Origin: Anaerolineae bacterium
Lineage (GTDB): Bacteria > Chloroflexota > Anaerolineae > UBA1429
Reading direction: 5' to 3'
NCBI GenBank assembly: GCA_035529675.1
Contig: DATKWG010000031.1
Location: 1 to 56,517, forward strand
Length of the DNA stretch: 56,517 bases
Part shown: positions 1-7,697 of the stretch, piece by piece
How positions within the stretch are numbered: the first letter of the stretch is position 1
Layout: each line of letters begins with the position of its first letter
Notes under the pieces: generated by a model
Database searches by the model: none
The model's input: the letters and a program-made list of their open reading frames with translations, nothing else
What the model was told of the DNA's origin: nothing
Position numbers and translations under genes: made by a program

Positions 1-873
1 GGGTCTTCCGAAGGACTATTTGTGCGCACTAAGCGCCCATTCATGTGCCGTGAGGTGAGATGGGTACGTTCCACGTAAGCCGTATGAGAACCCAACAGAG
101 CCCGTACCTCGGCGTCCTCTCCGTAGATCACCTTTGCTTTCACTCCCACCATCCGCCCATAGACTTCAACAAGCGCTTCGCGGCCTGCACCCCAGCCATC
201 TGAGGCCAGTGGCGGCGGCTGGTCGGGATGGCCACGCCGTTTCAAGGTACGCAGGATGCGACACACGTACAGCGCAGTGTCTGTATGATGCCTCCGTTTC
301 CGTCTTGCCGATGGCCAGACCCACGCGCAGCCGAGTATCATTCTCGATCAAGGTGCAACGCCAGAACCCCCCGGATCGCTCGCTCTCTTCACACCCCCTT
401 TTTGACCCTTGTGGCCGACATAGGTCCACAAGGCATCGATCTGCGCTCGGCTGATCCGGTAATCCCCCAGCAACGTGGCCCCCACTTCCTGGGCATGCCG
501 TCCCCCTTCCCGCAGCCAGCTCAGGATGGTATCCTCCTTGAAGCCTTTGGGCCGGGGCATGCTACTGATCCGCACCCCTTCGGCCAACAAGGCCAGGGAC
601 TCCAGAATACCCTTCGGGTCGGTGCGGCGACGATACACGTACAGGGCAGTGTCTGTAAAAGAGCGTCCCCCTGGGCTCCGTGAAGGTCTGACCACACACC
701 TTACACCGGTAACGCTGGGTGCTGTTTCGGGTTCGACCAAAGCGGATGATGCTCCCCGCATCCACCTTTCCGTAGTCGGGACAGACCTCGTTGGGGCAGA
801 ACCGACCAACTTCCACCAATTCTCGTGTCATTCGTCTCCCCCGGGTTGTTGATGAATCATCACATACCAACAA
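1..873 (-). pseudogene. IS1-family-like transposase, decayed (at least 3 frameshifts) and cut by the window edge
   Basis: Minus-strand similarity runs through alternating frames. 873 to ~650 holds the Zn finger (CPNEVCPDYG...RYRCKVCGQTFTE). ~650 to ~400 holds ILESLALLAEGVRISS...RISRAQIDALWTYVGHKGQKGG. ~400 to ~235 holds GGFWRCTLIENDTRLRVGLAIGKTETEAS. ~235 to 1 holds PPLASDGWGAGREALVEVYG...AYVERTHLTSRHMNGRLVR. The motif order matches IS1-type transposases. Confidence 0.6.
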
Positions 874-894
874 CGCCTTACAGGGAGACTACCG

Positions 895-1496
895 TTGCTC
901 GGAGCGGCGGGATATGGCTACTATGGCTTGAAGCACGGGCAGCATCTATCCTTCCTGATTGACGGGCAGGGAGATCCTCTTCAACACCCTCTAGTGATGA
1001 ACTCCCTGGCAACGCAGAGAAGGGGCGTTCTCGTCGATGAGGCTGCGCTGGCGCGCTATCATCTGAACGTGGGCGATTCCGTCAAGCTGACTTTGCGCAC
1101 TCCGGAGGCGACAGCAGCGGACCATTCGATTCGGTATCCTCTAGGTCATAGGGCTGACCGAGGGGCAACTGGAATGGGTTCTCGTCTTGGAGCAGTGCAC
1201 CATCATCGTGCTGGGCGTGATCGGGGGCACCAGCTTGGGCCTTTGTGCTTGTCGTCTCTTCTTGCCGTCCTTCCAGATTGCGTATAACACCAGTCTCTGG
1301 CTACCTCCGTTGCTGGTAGAGATATCCTGGCGCGAGATCTAAGATCTATGCCATTCTGGGGATCACACTCCTCCTTCTGGCAATCGGAGTGCTGAAGCTG
1401 CTCAAAGACCTGCGGATGTTCGACGCTGCCAAGCTTGGCACACAACTCACCGGATGGAGGCCATCGAAAAACGGGTTTGTCACAGGTGAGCCGTAG
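895..1496 (+). pseudogene. FtsX-like ABC transporter permease, C-terminal remnant
   Basis: The translation reads VLVDEAALARYHLNVGDSVKL, then IRFGIL*VIGLTEGQLEWVLVLEQCTIIVLGVIGGTSLGL...SWREI* in the next frame, then IYAILGITLLLLAIGVLKLLKDLRMFDAAKLG in a third frame. That gives an in-frame TAG plus frameshifts. The N-terminus is missing next to the IS remnant, and the last codons run into repeat A1. Confidence 0.45.
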
Positions 1497-1669
1497 CGCA
1501 GCGAAGGCGAGGAATCTCTGTTTTGTGCGGTTTAGACTCTTCCCTTGTACCCCTGAAGTTCGGGGCGCTTGTACCCCTGAAGTTCGGGGCACTCGTACCC
1601 CTGAAGTTCGGGGCACTTGTACTCAGAGTGACAACGACGGGAGCTCGTACAGGGTTTTTCGATACTCTT
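1479..1669 (+). repeat. MITE-like repeat family A, copy A1 (full length, with 24-nt hairpin module)
   Basis: The left arm is GTCACAGGTGAGCCGTAGCGCAGCGAAGGCGAGGAATCTC and the right arm is CTCAGAGTGACAACGACGGGAGCTC..TTTCGATACTCTT. The termini are imperfectly inverted (GTCACAGGTGAG / CTCAGAGTGAC). Related copies lie at 6477-6563, 26128-26226, 27271-27437 and 40953-41076. Confidence 0.8.
1547..1622 (+). repeat. 24-bp tandem repeat, 3.2 units (GTACCCCTGAAGTTCGGGGCACTT)
   Basis: Units lie at 1547-1570, 1571-1594 and 1595-1618, followed by a partial unit. Each unit is a small hairpin (GTACCCC - 8 nt - GGGGCAC). The units are contiguous with no spacers. Confidence 0.9.
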
Positions 1670-1679
1670 GCCCCCGGTT

Positions 1680-1707
1680 TTGTGATTCCAGGAGAATGTG
1701 GTAGACT
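1680..1707 (+). promoter_or_regulatory. sigma70-like promoter with no downstream ORF (TTGTGA-16-TAGACT, TGG extended -10)
   Basis: TTGTGA lies at 1680-1685 and TAGACT at 1702-1707. It begins about 10 nt after the end of repeat A1, as at other copies of the repeat. Confidence 0.35.
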
Positions 1708-1713
1708 ATGGGT

Positions 1714-1898
1714 GCAATCCCTGTGATGTGCGTGATGCTCATGTGTCTTGAGCCAACACATGGGTCGAGGGAGCCGGAGTCCATGCGTGATACTGGGGGC
1801 CTGGGCAGCCAGACCCGCTGAATCACCGGTAGGCTCCCACCTGCGAAAGCAGGTTCAAGACTTCGAGCGCACGGCATTGTGGGGATTGTCCTTTTTTT
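1714..1898 (+). ncRNA. candidate ~185-nt structured sRNA (rod-like, 6S-like in size and shape); hand-folded only
   Basis: It sits between the orphan promoter and a T7 run (1892-1898). There is no credible ORF. The 5' end (1714-1732) pairs with 1868-1889. Internal helices are 1745-1754/1852-1861, 1769-1775/1832-1838 and 1787-1791/1822-1826. Confidence 0.25.
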
Positions 1899-1929
1899 GT
1901 CGGCCGGCAATGCCTAGCCTGCTAAGGGC

Positions 1930-2766
1930 CTAGCCATGATTCCTGGGGAGGACCCATTGTCGAGCTGCCTCGAACCTCTGCGCGCGGTCACGCACGCCCT
2001 CTGCATCCTGGGCCCCAAGGGTCTGCACGATGGCGTCGAGGAACGCGGCGATAACTCCCAGCGGTGGTAGCACCAAACGATCAGCCGGCGGGCAGATAAG
2101 GGCCAGTTCTGCTGCCTGGGCACAGGGATCCGTCGGAGAACAGGCCAGGGCCACGGTCCGCGCTCCCATTCTCCTGGCGTAGGTGAGTGCGTTAGCAGTC
2201 TCGCGGCTTCCCGACGTGGCCGAGATCGCAATCACAGCCCACTGTTCGTCCACTTCAGCCAAAGCCATCGCCAGCCCCAGAGCATCCGCCGGAGGACTCT
2301 CGGCCAACATCCCCAGCGACCGCAGGGACATGCTGAGGAGATTCGCCAACGGCACCGAGATGCCCTGGCCTATGACCATGACCCGCCGGGCTTGCCGCAG
2401 AGCATCTGGCACCTGAGACGCTGACTCTGGCGAGATGTGACTGGCGGCATACTGCAGACCCTCGATCTCTGTGCGCAATGTGGCCAGAAAGGGGTCCTGC
2501 GCATCGGCGATTGACTCTGGTTCATATCTGGCCCGCAGTTCGGTGCGAACGACGGCCTGAACATCGCGTATGAAATCGGGATAGCCGGAATAGCCCAAGC
2601 GCTGCGCAAACCGAATGACCGTCGCTTCGTTGACCGAGAGGTTGCGCGCCATGAGCGAGGCGGTCATGAAGGCGACCTCTCGGTACGAGGTGGAAACCAA
2701 GTCGGCGAGACGCTTCTGGCTCGTGGTGAGCTGTGGATATAGTTGTCTGATCCTCTCAAGAATCAT
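1930..2766 (-). CDS. MurR/RpiR family transcriptional regulator (HTH + SIS domain)
   Basis: MILERIRQLYPQLTTSQKRLADLV...EATVIRFAQRLGYSGYPDF is an RpiR-type HTH, followed by a SIS-like region (VMVIGQGISVPLA...). Start moved from 2853 (TTG) to the ATG at 2766, where homology begins. Confidence 0.85.
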   Translation of the reverse strand: MILERIRQLYPQLTTSQKRLADLVSTSYREVAFMTASLMARNLSVNEATVIRFAQRLGYSGYPDFIRDVQAVVRTELRARYEPESIADAQDPFLATLRTEIEGLQYAASHISPESASQVPDALRQARRVMVIGQGISVPLANLLSMSLRSLGMLAESPPADALGLAMALAEVDEQWAVIAISATSGSRETANALTYARRMGARTVALACSPTDPCAQAAELALICPPADRLVLPPLGVIAAFLDAIVQTLGAQDAEGVRDRAQRFEAARQWVLPRNHG

Positions 2767-2834
2767 CCTCGGTTGTCTTTCGCTGAACTGGATGCTCAGG
2801 CAGAGAGCGGTCGGGGCTGACGCGGGACCACTGG

Positions 2835-2886
2835 CGATCGTGGCAACAGCCAAGGAGCTGGGGGCATTCTAGGATTGCCACGATCG
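2835..2886. promoter_or_regulatory. perfect 12-bp inverted repeat CGATCGTGGCAA-N28-TTGCCACGATCG, candidate operator
   Basis: The arms are 2835-2846 and 2875-2886. The right arm lies inside the -35/-10 spacer of the predicted rpiR promoter, and the left arm lies in the early transcribed region. Confidence 0.5.
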
Positions 2887-2894
2887 ATTGTCAA
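2866..2894 (-). promoter_or_regulatory. promoter of the rpiR-family gene (TTGACA-17-TAGAAT)
   Basis: The minus strand reads TTGACAatcgatcgtggcaatccTAGAAT. Confidence 0.55.
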
Positions 2895-2918
2895 GGGGAT
2901 GCTCTCGACGAGGTGTCG

Positions 2919-2947
2919 TTGACATTCATCCTCCAATGCTATATGCT
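2919..2947 (+). promoter_or_regulatory. promoter of the MBL-fold hydrolase gene (TTGACA-17-TATGCT)
   Basis: TTGACA lies at 2919-2924 and TATGCT at 2942-2947, back to back with the rpiR promoter. Confidence 0.5.
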
Positions 2948-2976
2948 CTGCCGAGACCAAGGGGAAAGGAGCTCAA

Positions 2977-3816
2977 GTGCGCCTCGACAGGGTTGCGGAG
3001 GATATCTACGTCTTTGCCAGCGGTCTGTATGCCCAGGTAACGGCCACCGTCCTGCTGACGAAGCGGGGCGCGATTGTCATCGACACGATGCCCTTTCCCA
3101 TCGAGACGCGCCAGATCGTTTCCTTTGTGGCAAGCAGGCTCGGCCCCGATAGGGTGCGGTATGTCGTCTACACGCATCACCACGGAGACCACGTTTACGG
3201 GGCGTTTCTCTTTCGGGGGGCCGAGGTCGTGGCCCATGATCTTTGCCGGGACACATTGAATCGCTTTGGACATGCCGCGCTAGAGAGGGCGAAGGCGGAC
3301 ACTCCAGTGCTGGCGGAAGTGGAATTGCGAGTCCCCGACATGACTTTCGAGAGAGAGATGCATATCCACCTCGCCCACAGGCACGTAAGGCTTTTCCATA
3401 CTCCCGGCCATACCCTCGACGGCACAAGCGCTTTTGTCGTGGGCGAGAAGGTACTGGTGGCCGGCGATGCGATGATGCCGGTGCCGTACATAGTGCATGG
3501 CGATCGGGACCAGCTCAGAGAGACGCTCCTGCGCTTCAGGGCTCTCAGGCCCGCCTTTGTGGTGCAGGGACATGGCGAGGTGCTGCTTCGGGGAGAGGTC
3601 GAAGAGACCATCGATAGCCATCTCAGCTACCTGGACGCGATCGTGGACAGAGTTGAGGGCATCGTCCAGCGTGGTGCCCCCCCCGAGAAGCTGGCCGAAA
3701 TCGACATCGAGTCGTGTGGCAAGTCGCGCGTACCCCTGGACGGACTGGTCAGCAAGCTGCACCACGACAACCTGGTGGCACTGTACGAGGAATTGACAGA
3801 AGCCGGGCGGCACTAG
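2977..3816 (+). CDS. MBL-fold metallo-hydrolase
   Basis: HHHGDH motif (YTHHHGDHVYG) with later conserved His/Asp positions. GTG start with GAAAGGAG 5 nt upstream. Confidence 0.85.
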   Translation: MRLDRVAEDIYVFASGLYAQVTATVLLTKRGAIVIDTMPFPIETRQIVSFVASRLGPDRVRYVVYTHHHGDHVYGAFLFRGAEVVAHDLCRDTLNRFGHAALERAKADTPVLAEVELRVPDMTFEREMHIHLAHRHVRLFHTPGHTLDGTSAFVVGEKVLVAGDAMMPVPYIVHGDRDQLRETLLRFRALRPAFVVQGHGEVLLRGEVEETIDSHLSYLDAIVDRVEGIVQRGAPPEKLAEIDIESCGKSRVPLDGLVSKLHHDNLVALYEELTEAGRH

Positions 3817-3888
3817 AGGGCGATAGGCGGCTGCCGGCCAGTTCAGAAGGTGATCTGGTCCCAAATCGAGGGAGAGAGAAGCTTGTTC

Positions 3889-4218
3889 CTATGGGGACGA
3901 GCTATCGGACAGCCATCCTCGCCTCCGTAGATCCTCTCCAACAGCCATCCGAAGGCTCGCAGTCTCCAACTCGCACTCGCCCACGCATTCTTCAAACACC
4001 TTGCGCGGCTCAAGAGGACCGAAAACTGCCTCTTCGGCCAGACGATCCCATATCGCATCGATGTTGCGGCGCATGACCCCCAATGCGTAGAGAACAGTCA
4101 GGCAACGTTGCAGCTCGTTGTCCAAATGTCCTCTCACGGCCTCATAATCGGAGAGGAATGCATCCACAGTTTCCATGAGCTCCGACGCGAAGCAGATGGT
4201 GCCGTCTTGATCTAGCAT
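3889..4218 (-). CDS. hypothetical protein (108 aa)
   Basis: ORF downstream of the DUF3786 gene on the same strand. The ATG at 4218 has AGGAG 9 nt upstream. No family recognised. Confidence 0.35.
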   Translation of the reverse strand: MLDQDGTICFASELMETVDAFLSDYEAVRGHLDNELQRCLTVLYALGVMRRNIDAIWDRLAEEAVFGPLEPRKVFEECVGECELETASLRMAVGEDLRRRGWLSDSSSP

Positions 4219-4443
4219 AGGCGACTGCTCCTGACTATCATTCGTTACCCTCGAATCGTGCGCCCGCAGACCTTGCGTTCCAGGTCTCACACTGCGATGG
4301 CCCAAATGAGATCGGAGAACGGGTTCGCCCGCGAGACCAGCTCTCTCCAGTGGGCTGGGCGACGCAGGCCACTCTCACCAGTGACCTTCGTATCTGGTTT
4401 GCGGTCTCCCGCAATGGCAGGATCTTTCAAGGGCTTGAGCAAC

Positions 4444-5088
4444 TTACTCGGGAGGTGTCTTCGACAAGGCTCCCACCAGCAGCCCGCCCAAGATGGCCAG
4501 GTCGTCTGTCGGCAGATAGTGGCCAGCAGCGCCGTCATAGAGCACCCTTGCCGTGGGAGGGAACTCCTCGTCGCCTAGATGGAGGATGATCGACATGCGG
4601 ACTCGCGGCAAGATATCGAACATGAAGGCGGCGTCTCCGAAGTCTATCGGCCGCCCGCCCAGAGCACGCGCGGCGTGCCGAAAGCGGTCCAGATTCTGGC
4701 CAAAGGCCGAGGTGAGAGGAGGCTCCACCCTCCGGCGGACGGCTCTCTCATACATGAGCCCGCCGGGTAGCTCGCGGAAGGCGATCCACCGGTCGGCCAG
4801 GCGACGGCCATCCGCGTGGCCGAGATAGTGAAGGATCAACAGACAAAGTACGCGATTTGGCTCCTCCGCCGTATCGACTGACTTGACCAGGCCATCGGGA
4901 TAACTCACCCGAAGGCGACGGTTGAGACATGTTAGCTCAAAGAAGCCACGTTCATCGCTTTCCGCCCGATAGCGGACGCCTGCGCGGTGGGCCACGTCCA
5001 TCGGGTGCTGTTTGCCCAGGTGCTCGCGTGCCAATCGCAGAGCAAGTCCTTCTGTGCGCCTTCGATCGGCTTGGAATGGAGCATTCAC
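4444..5088 (-). CDS. DUF3786 domain-containing protein
   Basis: The pattern ...LILHYL..ADG...W..FRELPGG..Y..A...R...PL...FG...GD.AF.F..LPRV......GDEEFP..A..L.D.....YLPTDDL matches my memory of DUF3786 proteins. GTG start. Confidence 0.6.
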   Translation of the reverse strand: MNAPFQADRRRTEGLALRLAREHLGKQHPMDVAHRAGVRYRAESDERGFFELTCLNRRLRVSYPDGLVKSVDTAEEPNRVLCLLILHYLGHADGRRLADRWIAFRELPGGLMYERAVRRRVEPPLTSAFGQNLDRFRHAARALGGRPIDFGDAAFMFDILPRVRMSIILHLGDEEFPPTARVLYDGAAGHYLPTDDLAILGGLLVGALSKTPPE

Positions 5089-5149
5089 AGACGTACTCTC
5101 GCAAGGGCGGCCAGTCCCACCAGTTGTCCTCCATTCTCATCTGAAACTC

Positions 5150-5178
5150 ATTATAGTCGAGCAGATTGCGGCTGGCAA
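5150..5178 (-). promoter_or_regulatory. promoter of the DUF3786 gene (TTGCCA-17-TATAAT)
   Basis: The minus strand reads TTGCCAgccgcaatctgctcgacTATAAT. Confidence 0.5.
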
Positions 5179-5282
5179 GGCGCGCTGGGCGCGCAGGGTC
5201 ACGCAGTGCAAGAGAAAAGGGCCGCCCGCCACGAGGACTGCTCTCATGTCGCGCCAGAACGGCGGCATCGTGGCGGCTCCCG

Positions 5283-6362
5283 CTACTCTTTCGCCGCGAT
5301 GAAGGCCTCTAGCCGACGGTGTGCTTCCTCGTCGTCAAACTGCACCGGCGGCGACTTCATGAAGAAGGCTGAGGGAGCAACCAGTGCGCCAGCGATGCCG
5401 CGATCGAGGGCGATCTTGCAGCAGCGCACCGCGTCGATCACCACGCCCGCCGAATTGGGCGAATCCCAGACCTCCAGCTTGAGCTCTAGTTTCAGCGGGA
5501 CATCGCCAAAGGCCGTGCCGTCCATCTGGATGTAGCAGAACTTGCGATCGGTCAGCCAGGGAACATAGTCGCTTGGCCCAACGTGTATGCTGTCAGGGCC
5601 CATCTCATAGTCGAGCTGACTGGTGACGGACTTGGTTTTCGACTCTTTTTTCGACTGTAGGCGTTCGCGCTCCAGCATGTTAAAGAAGTCCATGTTGCCG
5701 CCAAAGTTGAGCTGGTAAGTGTCGTCAAGACGCACCCCGCGCATCCGAAAGAGGTGGGTCAGCACGCGGTGAGTGATGGTCGCTCCGAGCTGGCTCTTGA
5801 TGTCGTCTCCCACGACTGGCAGACCTCTCTCCTCGAAACGTGCCTGCCAGTAAGGCTCGCGCGCGATAAAGACAGGGATGCAGTTCACCATGCCGCAGCC
5901 AGCATCGAGGGTCTGCTGTATGTACCACTTGGTGGCCATCTCGGAACCAACGGGCAAGAAGTTGACCACAACGTCGGTGCGAGTGTCCTTGAGGATTGCT
6001 ATGATGTTGTCGGTGGGCCCAGGGGCCTTGGTGATTCGTTGCTTGAGATAGTGCCCCAGACCGTCGTGAGTCATGCCCCGATGAACGGGAACCCCCATGT
6101 GAGAGACCTCAGCGAACCTGATGGTGTTGTTCGGGCCCGCCCAGATCGCCTCGGATAGGTCCTTGCCCACCTTCTCCGAGTCGATATCAAAGGCTGCGCT
6201 GATCTCGATGTCGCCCACGTGGTAGTCGCCCAGACGTGGGTGCATAAGCCCGGGGATGAATTGATCGTCGGGCGCATCTTTGTAGAATTGGATGCCTTGA
6301 ACCAGGGCTGCGGCGCAGTTCCCCACGCCAATGATGGCCACTCTCAGTTTCTTGTCATCCAC
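5283..6362 (-). CDS. ino1: myo-inositol-1-phosphate synthase
   Basis: [24 protein letters not shown]... and strong family similarity along the whole length. Start moved from 6470 to the GTG at 6362, which has AGGAGG 8 nt upstream (360 aa). Confidence 0.85.
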   Translation of the reverse strand: MDDKKLRVAIIGVGNCAAALVQGIQFYKDAPDDQFIPGLMHPRLGDYHVGDIEISAAFDIDSEKVGKDLSEAIWAGPNNTIRFAEVSHMGVPVHRGMTHDGLGHYLKQRITKAPGPTDNIIAILKDTRTDVVVNFLPVGSEMATKWYIQQTLDAGCGMVNCIPVFIAREPYWQARFEERGLPVVGDDIKSQLGATITHRVLTHLFRMRGVRLDDTYQLNFGGNMDFFNMLERERLQSKKESKTKSVTSQLDYEMGPDSIHVGPSDYVPWLTDRKFCYIQMDGTAFGDVPLKLELKLEVWDSPNSAGVVIDAVRCCKIALDRGIAGALVAPSAFFMKSPPVQFDDEEAHRRLEAFIAAKE

Positions 6363-6435
6363 GACAAAAGCCTCCTGTCGATGTAGAGTTGTCCTGCGCG
6401 TCCCCTGTTGGTCGGGCCGGGCGCTCAAGACCCAG

Positions 6436-6463
6436 AGTATAGCCGGGGCCACCTCCGCGTCAA
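6436..6463 (-). promoter_or_regulatory. promoter of ino1 (TTGACG-16-TATACT)
   Basis: The minus strand reads TTGACGcggaggtggccccggcTATACT. Confidence 0.5.
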
Positions 6464-6476
6464 ACTGCACGGGCGG

Positions 6477-6563
6477 ACACTATCGAGGAACCCTGTGTGA
6501 GCTCCCGTCGTTATCACTCTGATCGGAAGCTTCGCCCTCGTTGCGCTGCGGCTCACCTGTGAC
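6477..6563 (-). repeat. MITE-like repeat family A, copy A2 (short form, no 24-nt module)
   Basis: The reverse complement reads GTCACAGGTGAGCCGCAGCGCAACGAGGGCGAAGC..GATCAGAGTGATAACGACGGGAGCTCACACAGGGTTCCTCGATAGTGT. Confidence 0.7.
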
Positions 6564-6600
6564 AATGATCTTTTTTCCACGCCTTGAACTCGAGTCGGGC

Positions 6601-6629
6601 TTGACAGCACAGTGCTGCAATGATACAAA
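6601..6629 (+). promoter_or_regulatory. promoter of the sugar phosphate isomerase/epimerase gene (TTGACA-17-TACAAA)
   Basis: TTGACAgcacagtgctgcaatgaTACAAA. Confidence 0.5.
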
Positions 6630-6713
6630 CTCTGCGCAATGGCGTTGGATTCGCGGGCACGAGGACGTTCGCACAAGACCAGAAGAGGATACAAAGCTGA
6701 GGAGGTGGGTCCC

Positions 6714-7556
6714 GTGGAATGGATTATGTTCACCAAGCATCTGCAGACCTATCCAGTCGAGCAGGCTGCTGACGTGGTCAAGAGCCTTGGGCTAGACGGA
6801 CTGGACTTGACCGTTCGTCCTGGTGGCCACGTCGAGCCGGCTGATGCCAAGGACCGGTTGCCAGGGGTTTTCAAGGCTGTCAGGAGCAGAGGACTGTCGA
6901 TCCCTTTGATCACAACGGCGATCACCAGCGCCGAGACTCCCTACGCCAAGTCGATCTTCCGCCTGGCGGCGGAAGGCGGCGCCAGATACTTGAAGCTGGG
7001 GTATTGGCCCTACGAGGGCTTTGGGAACGTGGTCCGGCAGCTCGATGAGGTCAGGGCCATGCTTGACGGCATCGAGAAGCTTGCTCAAGAGCACGGGGTG
7101 ACAGCAGTCATCCATACGCACTCGTCCGCATTCATGACCGCCAGTGGCGCCATTGTGGCTGAGCTTCTTCGGGATCGCGACCCCGAGGCACTTGGAGCCT
7201 ACCCCGATGCCGGGCACCTCACCGCTGAGGGCGGGGACGCTGTCTGGAAGATGTCTCTCGACCTGTTGGCGCCCCGGATCAGGGTCGTGGCGGTCAAAGA
7301 CATGATGTGGGTCTGCCATCCCGATGCCGCCCTGGGCAAGATGCGCTGGAGGACCGTGATGTGCCCGCTCAACATCGGCTTTGTGCGGTGGCCCGAGGTC
7401 TTTGAGTGCTTGCGGCAGGCCGGGTTTGACGGAGTGGTCAGCGTTCACTCAGAGTACCAGGGCAGCCATAGTTGGCGGGACCTGAACACCGCGCAGCTCA
7501 TCCAGCAAACCCGGGCCGACCTGGAATACCTGTGGGACGCCATCGGCGGCAAGTAG
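6714..7556 (+). CDS. sugar phosphate isomerase/epimerase (xylose isomerase-like TIM barrel)
   Basis: Family-typical FTKHL......A......GLDGLDL......H and later H/D/E metal-site context. The GTG at 6714 lies 8 nt after GAGGAGG. The ATG at 6726 is an alternative start. Confidence 0.8.
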   Translation: MEWIMFTKHLQTYPVEQAADVVKSLGLDGLDLTVRPGGHVEPADAKDRLPGVFKAVRSRGLSIPLITTAITSAETPYAKSIFRLAAEGGARYLKLGYWPYEGFGNVVRQLDEVRAMLDGIEKLAQEHGVTAVIHTHSSAFMTASGAIVAELLRDRDPEALGAYPDAGHLTAEGGDAVWKMSLDLLAPRIRVVAVKDMMWVCHPDAALGKMRWRTVMCPLNIGFVRWPEVFECLRQAGFDGVVSVHSEYQGSHSWRDLNTAQLIQQTRADLEYLWDAIGGK

Positions 7557-7610
7557 GCGGCGGACTCGGAGAGGGGCGAGGGTCTGGCCTGGATGACCTG
7601 CCCGCGCATC

Positions 7611-7639
7611 TTGCATGACTGTCAGGCATTGGGTATCAT
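7611..7639 (+). promoter_or_regulatory. promoter of the MFS / dapA-like operon (TTGCAT-17-TATCAT)
   Basis: TTGCATgactgtcaggcattgggTATCAT. It lies downstream of the longest-ORF start (7593), which argues for a later start codon. Confidence 0.5.
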
Positions 7640-7697
7640 GGCTGGCGATCGGCGCCAAGATCGAGTCTCCGCGTTCGTGTGCCAAAGGTGGGAGATC

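Noticed and set aside
21-110. GTGCG and AAGCCGTATG strings at the window start are reminiscent of a group II intron 5' end or domain V.
   Set aside because: On the minus strand the same bases translate cleanly into the conserved C-terminal part of the IS1-like transposase (AYVERTHLTSRHMNGRLVR). No other intron domains or IEP are present.
1547-1622. The 24-bp direct repeats here, and again at 27315-27386, could be a mini CRISPR array.
   Set aside because: The units are contiguous with no spacers, there are only 3 copies, the period is 24 nt, they are embedded in a larger dispersed repeat, and there are no cas genes in the window.
1760-1812. GGGTCGAGGGAGCC ... GGCCTGGGCA resembles pieces of the ZTP (pfl) riboswitch consensus (CGGGGAGC and CCGCCUGGGCA).
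   Set aside because: The ACUGGCG-type element is missing or out of order, the spacing does not fit my memory of the motif, and there is no downstream purine or folate gene (the next gene is convergent). A covariance-model search would be needed to revive this.
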